NCBI RefSeq assembly: GCF_006345805.1
Contig: NC_043011.1
Coordinates: 19,542,464-19,606,463 of the forward strand
Origin: Octopus sinensis
Taxonomy: Eukaryota
Direction of reading: 5' to 3'
DNA length: 64,000 nt
Below the pieces are notes generated by a model. The model searched no databases. It was given only the letters and a program-made list of their open reading frames with translations, and was not told where the DNA came from. The position numbers and the translations under genes are program-made. This document shows positions 1 to 10,016 of this stretch, in pieces. Position 1 is the stretch's first letter, and each line of letters opens with the position of its first letter.

Positions 1-79
1 AGAACCGAAAAGTATTTAACGTATCGGGCCCACGCTATTTGAAAGAAAGGATTACATGTAAATAAGGAGAGTGAATGAG

Positions 80-120
<41 letters not shown>

Positions 121-340
121 ATTTGTGTGTGTGTGTGTTATATAAGCTATTTGAAACAAAATTTTAATTTAAAGAATGTAAAATATTCATCAGAAAAGAC
201 AAGATAATTTTAATAGAATTTTGTACACTTCTTACATACATATAGAAAATAGCCTTCAATCCCACTATCATCCATCTGAATACGTTGCACCTCATTACAG
301 TGTCTTAAATGACTAAATTCTATGATAAAAATATTTTGAG

Positions 341-1200
341 ACACGATGGCCAAAATATACCCTAGGGCAGATACTACCATGTCCTTGGCTTTGTAGGTAT
401 GCTAAGTTGGATGGAAACGAACACGCACGGCCTAACTCGAACAAATTCATTCAATCCAGAGCTTACCAACCGTCTCCACTGTCTCGATGTAAGTCGTTGC
501 ATTGACTTTAAGATCGTACGTAAAAGATGAGGAGGCATGACATGATACTCATCGCTACGATCCTCAAATATCTCGGAGATGATGGGGACTTGATATGCTT
601 AACACTGCAACCTTCGGTGGGTCTGGCGCAGAGCTATTTGACTTGTCTCATATTTAGATATTGGGCTCGGATATGAACCAGAGATTATCAAGCTCCTCTG
701 GGTGCTTCGCTTTGTCCAGCAATGCCTTGGACTATATCAAACGCATCTCTTGACACTTACCGGACGTAAACTATCCCGTCCCCATAAATCAGGAATTGCA
801 TCTTAAGTCTTCGTGCACCATTCCTCTAATCATTGAGTCCCACACGAGTGATAAATAGAAATGTTTCTCGGCAATTTGTCAGTATTTTCGATTATGACTC
901 CCTAGCGTTGTTGGTAAAGATCACTTTCTAAAAATGCCTCACCATCAAAAACATTTATCTTTTGATCACAGAAAATAAAATCCACCCTCCACCCAGAGGC
1001 CGGGAGATCTTTTCCGGTTCTAAGAAAAATAACAAGAAACAGGCACTTTCTTAAGTTTAGATACGTTGAGCAGACAATTCCATATCGAACACAATTGTAG
1101 AAAAATTCATGCCCGCACGCATGGTACTCAATGGCATCAACAGAAATGTGATATTGCAATTCTATCGCTACTGCTGCAAAAAAATTTCTACCACCGATAC
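341..1200 (-). pseudogene. Decayed Tc1/mariner transposase, maT/DD37D-like
   Basis: Minus-strand translation through stops and frameshifts gives MIRGMVHEDLRCNS*FMGTG*FTSGKCQEMRLI*SKALLDKAKHPEELDNLWFISE (~830-685), then VSDEYHVMPPH, DLKVNATTYIETVETVGKLWIE and RPCVF. These are collinear with maT-type motifs (VVHEDLRYKSY, KLKHPEE..LWFFSDE, GHVMPPH, RPYVFQQD). No clear TIRs. Confidence 0.7.
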
Positions 1201-1414
1201 ATATGCGAACTTTAGCACGATAACTAATAGTCAGTCATATTGGCATATCCACAACAAAATATACAGATTATCATTCGTACACATGCATGCATACACACAC
1301 ACACATGCATGCCCTAAATAACTACCATATTCTGAAATACCATAAATATTAAGCTATAAAATATTTGCACATACACTCACACACACATACAAACACATAT
1401 ATATGTATGTGTGC

Positions 1415-1476
<62 letters not shown>

Positions 1477-1966
1477 CATTGTGGACGTACCTTTTCAAAA
1501 TGGATGAATAGCAAAATGAACGACAAATTCTAACTTGTCAAAACATCAATAACATTGTGTAGCCCAGATTAACTGATTACAAACAAGAATTTATTCTGTA
1601 TGGTATATTTTATCTGATTCCCACAAAAATTAACTTGTGAGATATTTTGGATGTTTTTTTTTTTAAATCCAAAACGTATCCGACATAAAAGAGGAAAATT
1701 AAAACATAATATTGCTATCTGTTTTACAGAAATTTTATCATTCTTTATCACATTAGCCAATATTTCATTGGTGTGAATATTCGCTTAGCGTTTGTAACAT
1801 TGATTATAGCTATGATAATCTAAACAACAATTTATTTGTTTTTCTTGTATCAGTTTAGCTGCTTTCATACACTCCATAAGTTTATATATACATATATATA
1901 TGTGTGTATGTGTATATGTATATATATATATACATATATATATATTCCATAAATGTATGTATACAT

Positions 1967-2012
<46 letters not shown>

Positions 2013-2648
2013 TTGCGTAATTGATTTCTCTGAATGCGTATTTTTCATATTTTTGCTAATATTCACCTCTAAATATTCTATTCCTTTCACTAGAATTTTA
2101 GTTGTTTACATTTTCTGTAATATTTTATATTTTGTCGATACAAAATGTGTATTTTTCTTGAAATCCATTATGCGAACATTTTTCGTCTTAATATATTTCA
2201 TAATGTGTTAAGACTTTTTAATCCATGCATCATTTTCCTATTTAATTCTTAAAAGGAATTTTCACATGCTTAGAAGTAATAAATGCCATAGTTAATACCT
2301 TGCATCTATTAAATTATATACCTTTAGGTTCAGAATTCAAGTCTGACTTGGGGTTAATGTTTTTGTACACCCCGAATATCGAGAACAAAAACGCGCTGCA
2401 GTTTGGTCAGACGATTACACTTAGCTCGACAGTTTTATGTCCAAATCTAAATGTAAGATTTTTTTCGGGTAGTGAGATACGAAAGGAAAATTAATTTCAG
2501 GCAAACGTAATCAGCACCATTATTTTACATGATGGCGCTTCGTAGTACAAATTCCGTTTTTATGCACGCATGCAAGGGAGTGTGGCTTTCAATTTAAACA
2601 GGCAGTTTTACATTTTACCCCAACTCGTGTAACAGCATATATATATAT

Positions 2649-2713
<65 letters not shown>

Positions 2714-3029
2714 CATATATATACATATATATATGTCTGTCTGTGTGTATAATATATATCTAGAGAGTAAGAGATAGAAAGGAAAAAAATGAAGGAAAGA
2801 AAGAAAAGGAGAGGGAAATGTGAGGATTTAAGGGCGATTTGGCTATTTTTCTGGCACATCCTAAGACAACCTTTCTCATCTCTTTATTATTCTCGCATGT
2901 ATTGATGTTTTCCAATAATTTCCCCATAAATAAATGTATATGCTACAAAAAAGAAAATTTCAGAAATTATGAATTATTTGCACACCACTCACTGACCCCA
3001 ATTGTTTATGTTTAGAAATCAGAATATTG

Positions 3030-3360
3030 CAGAGCCTTAGGACGTCATTGTTGATATCTAGCCACAGTGATTTTTAAGAAGTACGGCGACATACTTGCAT
3101 AACAAGTGACTTGATCTGAGATCTTGTGCTGAAACAAGAACAATTGCAGAGTTGAAGATGTTTGTAAGCCATTCAAGAACACACAGAAAACAGTTTCACT
3201 TTAGCATTTAAATTTTATTTATGTCAAAATAGTTTCGACGCCTTGAAACTACAACCTGTTCACTGAAAATATTTGACAAAAGTGACGCAGTACGAAGTTT
3301 TGTCAGTGAACAGGTCGCGGTTTCAAAGCGACAGTGGAGAAATAAATTTCAGATTACAAT
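3030..3360. repeat. Interspersed repeat with internal imperfect inverted repeat
   Basis: cgacgccttgaaactacaacctgttcactga (~3236-3266) is inverted against tcagtgaacaggtcgcggtttcaaagcgac (~3303-3332). Confidence 0.5.
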
Positions 3361-3989
3361 TTATTTTGTTTTTTTGTTTTCTATCGATGGACCATTATTC
3401 CATACGATGTGTTTAATGGGAGAAAAGTATTGAAAAAATCATCAATAAATTTGAGAGTGAAAAAGGATGGCGGTTTGGGTTGTGCTAGAAACAATAGTAA
3501 ACATCTCTTGAATTATTCACTGAAAATATTTACAGTTTGTTTTGCTTTATTTTTTTTACCGAAAAGGCTCCTCCCATGGTTTTTAAGTTAAAAAGGAAAA
3601 TGGCCGAAATCGATCCGGATGGTTATTATTGTAATGCGTATAGAGCCATAACAACAAAAATACTTTAAAATTTTTTTACACAAATTTTACATATTTTTTA
3701 TAAAATTTCAAACAATAAATAATATTTGTTATATCACCTATTCATTAATAGAATAAACTGTCGGTCTTCCAAATAGTGAATTAAAACTTGAAATGAAAAC
3801 ATTACAAGTGAAAGTGAGACTTTACAAAAAAGGGAATACTCCGCAGTTCAATGAATGTTTAAATATGTGAGAAACCAGAATTTAAAAAATTCTTAAAGTT
3901 GAGAAATCGCAATTATAAGAAAAGTTTTATAACATGAATTTTAAAAAATATTTCCAGACGGTCAAACCTTTAGTAATTTCTTTCTTTTA

Positions 3990-4326
3990 GTAATTGTTGT
4001 GGAGGCCCCCTGACCATGGCATTGCACCTAGGAAGTTACCCTCCCTGGCACAAGTCCAGGACAGGTTGTTTATGGAAGACCACCAGTCGCCCATGCATAC
4101 CGGCCTCTCCTCTCCACATTGCCAACGTTATTCAAGGGAAAGGCAAAGGCCGATACAGCTTGGCATCAGTGACGTCGCAACTCATTTCTACAGCTGAGTG
4201 AACTGGAGCAACGAGAAATAAAGTGTCTTGCTCTAGAACAAAACACGCAGCCCGATCCGGGATTCGAACTCACAAATTCATGATCGTAAGCTCGACGCTC
4301 AAACCACTGAGCCATGCGCCTTCACT
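3990..4326 (-). mobile_element. tRNA-derived SINE, near full length
   Basis: Minus strand starts gtgaaggcgcatggctcagtggtttgagc (A box) ... gagttcgaatcccgg (B box), followed by a conserved central domain (gagcaagacactttatttc..gttgctccagttcactcagctg). The same family recurs at 35807-36744. Confidence 0.8.
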
Positions 4327-4544
4327 AATACTTGTTACATCCTAATCAAAAAGTAGCTTCATACATTATAGTATACATATATATAGATCTTATATATATG
4401 TATATTTGTATATATATATCTGTATGCACACACACACACATACACACAGACATATATATATATATATATATATAGTTCTTCATAATTTCATATTTCTGTG
4501 ATTATTTCACTATCTACATTTATAAAATACTAGGCATGAAATTG

Positions 4545-4720
4545 GCCCGGTGGCACGTAAAAACAGCACCCTCTACACTCTCAGAGTGGTTGGCATTAGG
4601 AAAGGCATCTAGCTGTAGAAACACTGCCAGATCAGACTGGAGCTTGGTGCAGCCTCCTGGCTTCCCAGGCCCCAGTCGAACCATTCAACCTATTCCAGCA
4701 TGGAAAATGGAATTAAACAA
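4545..4720 (+). mobile_element. SINE 3' fragment with RTE-like tail
   Basis: ccggtggcacgtaaaa...ggaaaggcatctagctgtagaaac...gcatggaaaatggaattaaacaatgatg; family recognised from recall. Confidence 0.55.
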
Positions 4721-5239
4721 TGATGTCTTACCTATGCACTGGTCAAGTAGAAAAACGATGAGTAATAAAAATTGGATTGTCTTTTGGTACCAAAGCAGTG
4801 AAGAAAGAGCGTAGAGAAGGTTAGGGAAGAGCAAGTAGGAAGAAAGATATGTGCAGAGAAATAAGGGAATAAAAATATACAGTAGGTAGGTGACAGAGAT
4901 GGACAGAGAAAGAAATGGAAGGCAATAAAGAGAGAAAAGCAGCAGATAGGTAGAGAGGTAGATAGATGGGAGAGAACGACAGAGAAATAGATGGGAAAGT
5001 CTTGCACCAAATATTGAAAATTGTATAGGGTAACACTGAGTGGGAACAGAAGTGTGCGACATTACATTGACTAACAACCATAAAATGTTGCAAAGTCAGA
5101 CACACGCACATATATAAGGATGAAGGAAATTGTTGTATACAGTGCTCAGGTGCACTACAACTAAAAAGAAAAGAAATGGCCGTCATGTGTAGTGTTGGCG
5201 GATTTCAGAACACATAGGATGTAGTGTAGTTTTCGACAG

Positions 5240-6280
5240 ACATTCCAGGAAGTTAGAAAAATCTCGGAACTTAACCTGAAATCCTCGGAACATTCCAGGA
5301 AGTTTCCGACAAATGTTCCTGGGAGTCGGGGAATCCCCGGAATTTCTATGAAATCTTGGGAACTTTCCAGGGAATTTTCCAACGAATCTTCACAAAATTG
5401 GGAAATCCCGAGAACTTTCCATGAATCCTCGGAACTGTCCATGATGTTTCCGACCAAGTTCCCAGGAGGTTGCGGAATCCCCAGAACTATCCATGAAATC
5501 CTCGGGACTTTCCAAGAAGTTGGGAAGTTTCCAAGAAGTTGGGAAACACGGAACATTCCAGGAAATGTTCGAAACTTTCCATGAAATTCTCAGAACTTCC
5601 CAGAAAGTTGGGAAATCCCCGGAAATGTCCATGAAATCATTGGAAATTTCCTGGGTGTTTCCGACCAATTTTGCAGGAGATTGGTAAATCCCTGGACCTT
5701 TCCATGAAATCATCGGAACTTCCAGTGGTCTTTCCGACCAAGTTTCCAGGAAATTGGGAAATCCCCGATACTTCCCATGCCAACATCGTAACTTTCCAGG
5801 ATGTTTCCGACCAATTTTCCAGAAAGTAAGGGGATCTCCGGAACTTCCATGAAATTCTCGGAACATTCCTGGAAGTTTCCGACCAAATTCCCCGGAAGTG
5901 AGGAAATCCCCGGAACTTCCCATGGAGATTCTGACAAATTTTCCAAACAGTTCGGGAATCTCCGGAACTTCCCAGGATGATTCCGACCACTTTTCCTAGA
6001 AATTGGGGAATCCCCGGAATTTTCGATGTAATTTTTGATGTAATCCTGGGAACTTTCTGGGATGTTTCCGATCAATTTTCCAGCAAGTTGGGGACTCTCC
6101 GGAACTTTCCATGTAATCCTCGAAACTTTCAAGTATGTTTCCGATCTATTTTCCAGGAAGTTAGGGAATCTCACGGAACTTTCCATGAAACCGTCGGAAC
6201 TTTCCGGGAATTTGGGAAATCCCCAGAACTTACCATCAAATTCCCAGAACTTTCCAGGATGTTTCCGATCAATTTCGCAG
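5240..6280. repeat. Degenerate minisatellite, ~73-bp unit built from TTCC/GGAA sub-repeats
   Basis: The anchor ccgacc/ccgatc recurs at 5661, 5734, 5807, 5879 and at 6068, 6141 (spacings 73, 73, 72, 73). Unit is approximately tttccgaccaattttccaggaagttgggaaatccccggaactttccatgaaatcctcggaactttccaggatg. Confidence 0.9.
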
Positions 6281-6285
6281 GCAGT

Positions 6286-6342
6286 ATTTGTATATATATA
6301 TATAATATATGTGTATGTATATATATATGTGTGTGTATATGT

Positions 6343-6381
<39 letters not shown>

Positions 6382-6481
6382 ATATATATATGTGTGTATA
6401 TGCATATATATATGTGTATATATATATATGTGTGTGTATGTATGTATATGTACATATATGTTTATGTATATATATGTATAT

Positions 6482-6517
<36 letters not shown>

Positions 6518-6555
6518 CTATATATATCTAAATATATGTATCTATATATATATAA
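6286..6555. repeat. Compound (TA)n/(TG)n microsatellite
   Basis: Seen directly; one of more than 30 such tracts in the window. Confidence 0.95.
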
Positions 6556-6631
6556 TAAATATTAGGGAATAAATCCAAATTTACAGGGAAAAATCAGATT
6601 TAGGATTGAATGCAATTTTATAGTCAAATAT

Positions 6632-7298
6632 TATATAATATTAATTAGAGACAAAACCACTATTATGCAAATCAAACAAAGAAAGACTTAATCCAATACA
6701 TAACAAATTTTATATAAATTAAATAGAATTAAGTTATCCACTACAATTGTTTTTGTCACTTCTAAGGACATTCATCAGGTAGTTTTCAGACCTAAAAATA
6801 ATCAATATTTTAAAGATATAAATTTGAAATGACTAAAAAATATAAATAAAATAAATTTATCAATGAAAAAATATATATATAATCTATATATAATCTATAT
6901 ATGATCTATATATAATCAAGAACTAAAATAACCTCTATAAACAATTGAATATAATGAAACCTAGTATTTAAGTTCTCATATTTAAAGATGAAAAATCTAA
7001 TTTAAAAAAACAAAACAAAACAAAAAGCAAAAAATAAAATATATATACACACACATGGGGGGGGGGTTGCTATATAGGTTTGTTCTTGTGTATCTGGTAA
7101 AGGGAGGTTTTGATCATTATATTTGTATGTATTTTTAGGTCTATTTTTAGGTCTGAAAACCACCTGATGAATGTCCTTAGAAGTGACAAGAAACAATTGT
7201 AGTGGATAACTTAATTTTATTTAATTTATATAAATTTTTTTATGTATTGGATTAAGTCTTTCTTTGTTTGATTTGCATAATAGTGGTTTTGTCTCTAA

Positions 7299-7311
<13 letters not shown>
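6632..7311. mobile_element. Fold-back element, ~170-bp inverted arms, probable Penelope-like derivative
   Basis: Arm 6632-6800 is the near-exact reverse complement of 7142-7311. The right arm runs into (TA)n and each arm carries a hammerhead-like motif. Confidence 0.7.
7160..7205 (+). ncRNA. Minimal type I hammerhead ribozyme-like motif
   Basis: CCAC-CUGAUGA-A-UGUC(loop)GACA-A-GAAA-CAAUUG-UA-GUGG: stem I CCAC/GUGG, palindromic stem III ACAAUUGU, GUA site. The stem II closing position is an A-A mismatch. Confidence 0.6.
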
Positions 7312-7336
<25 letters not shown>

Positions 7337-7340
<4 letters not shown>

Positions 7341-7540
7341 GCATATATTGCCCATCGGATGTTCCAAATCACATAGGCAAGTTTGAAGATTGCCTCACAA
7401 GAATTAAAAATATCCTCATGAATCTAGAATACTACGTGACCATATTTCTTATGGGTTATTTCAACTTCCCCAACGTCAAATGGCCCGAATGTCTCATACT
7501 CTCAGGAATGTATCATTGCAAGCAAGTACAGGTGGAGCCC
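7337..7540 (+). pseudogene. LINE apurinic-endonuclease fragment (CR1/L2-like)
   Basis: YCPSD...KFEDCLTRIKNILMNLE...TIFLMGYFNFPNVKWP matches the YRPP...GDFNLP.I.W pattern of APE domains. Confidence 0.7.
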
Positions 7541-7544
7541 AAGT

Positions 7545-8417
7545 TATAACTTCATATCGCTAGTGATAACAATACTTAAAATATATAACAGACTCGAATT
7601 GTAGGCTCGTCTCTTGCAATTTCGATCAATTGGATCTTGTCCTCCCTCTTGTATAGAAGTGTACGGCTGTAGCGAAATTCATGTTTTGACTTTCTTCTAT
7701 CAAAGGCATTTTACAAAAAATGCTTCCGTAAAGACGGTGAAAATATTGTCCATTTCCCTAAACAGGGACACAATTCAATTTTGAAACAATAACCAAAGCC
7801 CCTTCTCCAAAAGTGGGAGGGTTACTGTTTACAATTATTTAACAAATGCAACACAACGTTTCCCTGACGAGGAACCAACAAACGTGATTACAATAGTAAA
7901 ACAGTAATAGTAATAGCAACAAATCTTTTTAATTTATCCCCATTTATGTGAAACCACTTATTCAAGTTCACGTTATTGATGTAATTTTATACGAATTGCT
8001 AATACACACACACATAATAAGAGTGAAAAATTGAATATTTATTTGTTTAATATGAATTGAAAACCAGTGGTGTAGCATATAAGACCATAGCAGATCTTCT
8101 AGCAAAATGGATGACCACTGTTAATGGTTCATCCCTGTTACATAATACTTTCACTTTAATAGTTTCAGTATTAACGTGAATGTCTGCATTACAATAGAGA
8201 GATGTTTTGTTTCACTTTTAACACGTAATACTGAAATAGTGGAGAAGATATGATATTGCTGTGGGGTCGACCGAGGGAAAAAGTTAAAATTTTTTGCCGA
8301 TGACACACCCCGGACCTTAAGTAAGGCATGTGTAAAATTTGAATGAAATTGATTGTGTAGTTCTCAGGTTTTAGGGAAACACACAGACACACTTTCTCAG
8401 TTTTATATATATAGAGA
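7545..8417 (-). mobile_element. Non-autonomous Helitron-like element, 3' truncated
   Basis: Minus strand starts TC(tctatatatataaaactgagaaagtgtgtctgtg...). The 5' ~200 bp and the 7545-7665 segment match the plus-strand copy at 29005-29850. Confidence 0.6.
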
Positions 8418-8689
8418 TGTCACCTATCCCTAAGCAATCTTTCACTCTGTGTTTATGTCATATAATATTTTAAAAACAAGAACGCTGGACAGTGAGAACA
8501 TAAGCAAATGCACAAAAAATACGCGAAGAAGATCGATGCAAAATTGGAACGAGAAGAATCAAACAAAATCAACAAAACAAAATACCCGTCTCCCCTTTGA
8601 TTGCAAAAATCACATTAACTCCAATTGGAGTAGAACAAACTAAAAGAAACTAATTTGATAAAGAAAAAACCTTGGCTCAAGTATCATAA

Positions 8690-8943
8690 TAGTAGTTCTT
8701 TCGGTTGTGCATTAAATTTATATTTAACTCTCACTGGCAGGAGTGACCGCGTGTGTACCGTTGGCGATTTGTTTCCCTCTGTCTTCCCTTCTCTGGATCT
8801 TTCCTTCTCCTATGTTTCTGACGAAGAGCTCCGCTCGAAACGTTAGGCCCTCCTTCTTTCCTTCTTTCCTGAGCGTCCAATAATACTATATTTGTTCCAC
8901 GTCCTCGCGTTGTGTTTTTTGTGCTTTCTTGTTTCGATTAACT
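8690..8943 (+). mobile_element. Penelope-like pseudo-LTR fragment ending in (TA)n
   Basis: Contains the hammerhead motif at 8814-8848 and a pyrimidine-rich tail abutting (TA)n at ~8945. Related sequences lie at 32950-33053 and 35040-35197. Confidence 0.55.
8814..8848 (+). ncRNA. Minimal type I hammerhead ribozyme-like motif
   Basis: GUUU-CUGACGA-A-GAGC-UCC-GCUC-GAAA-C-GUU-AGGC: stem II GAGC/GCUC, palindromic ACGU stem III, stem I GUUU/AGGC with two G.U pairs. Confidence 0.6.
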
Positions 8944-8960
8944 TTATATATATATATAAT

Positions 8961-9038
<78 letters not shown>

Positions 9039-9047
9039 GTATGTATG

Positions 9048-9078
<31 letters not shown>

Positions 9079-9397
9079 ATATACGTACATGCATAGGTAA
9101 ATACATACATACTTATACACATATATTACAATTTACAAGTGCGAATCTACTTTATATTTCTATGAACTACACCCCTCTTTTTCAGTCGAGAACATATATC
9201 TATGTATCGTTTGTTTCGATGCTACAATTATAGTAAGCTACGTTTTAAGCTAAGTTATCTGATATAGGGCTCTGGGTCCTGCATCTTTAATGTGTATTTA
9301 TAAAACCTGACTATCAGGAAGGTGTGAATTTTAGAGGGTTGCCAGGAATTACAAGTAATTCGTTGATTACTATGTTTTGAGCTGTTATTGTCTACAC

Positions 9398-9971
9398 CAC
9401 AATATCTCAACGGTAGCCATATATGCCGCTAAGGGGCCACGAAACATATATTGGGAGCCAAAAAGCTAAGTTTGAAAAATAGCGAGCCACAGGTGACTAC
9501 GGGAACCACAGAAACTTTGGGAATCATAAAATATTAAGATGTAGGTATGTATTTTTATTTGTAAAATGCACATTATACATATACATACAAGAAACGGGCA
9601 TATCCGTTTATAATTATGATGGGTCATCCTTATGTACTAATTTTCAATTACACTCATATATGTACCTAAAGAACACATATTAGAATATTAGCTTTTGATG
9701 AACGACTACATAACATTGCATCATAGCAAATCGCTCGAAAATTTTAAAGCTGTAAAACATGCACACATAATGGACAGCGCAGAAGGCAAAGTCACAGTTA
9801 GTAATTAAAACTCCAGTATCATGATTGACGATATGTAAAACCCATCCAATCAACAACGTCCATGCTAACTGGCTAACATCCTCACATGTCTCTTTCAGGG
9901 TTCAATTTTCTATTTTGTTTTGTCAAATTATACCACTTCCCATTTCTGTCTCTCTCTCTCTTCTCTTTCTT

Positions 9972-10016
<45 letters not shown>

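Noticed and set aside
5240-6280. Minisatellite as a CRISPR array
   Set aside because: No constant repeat with unique spacers, no cas genes, and a eukaryotic context.
5161-6348. Overlapping 117-212 aa ORFs across the minisatellite
   Set aside because: They are open on both strands and in several frames because the repeat is stop-poor; no domain or gene context.
7860-7890. CUGACGA-GG-AA-CC as a hammerhead
   Set aside because: No GAAA after the stem and no stem I partner.
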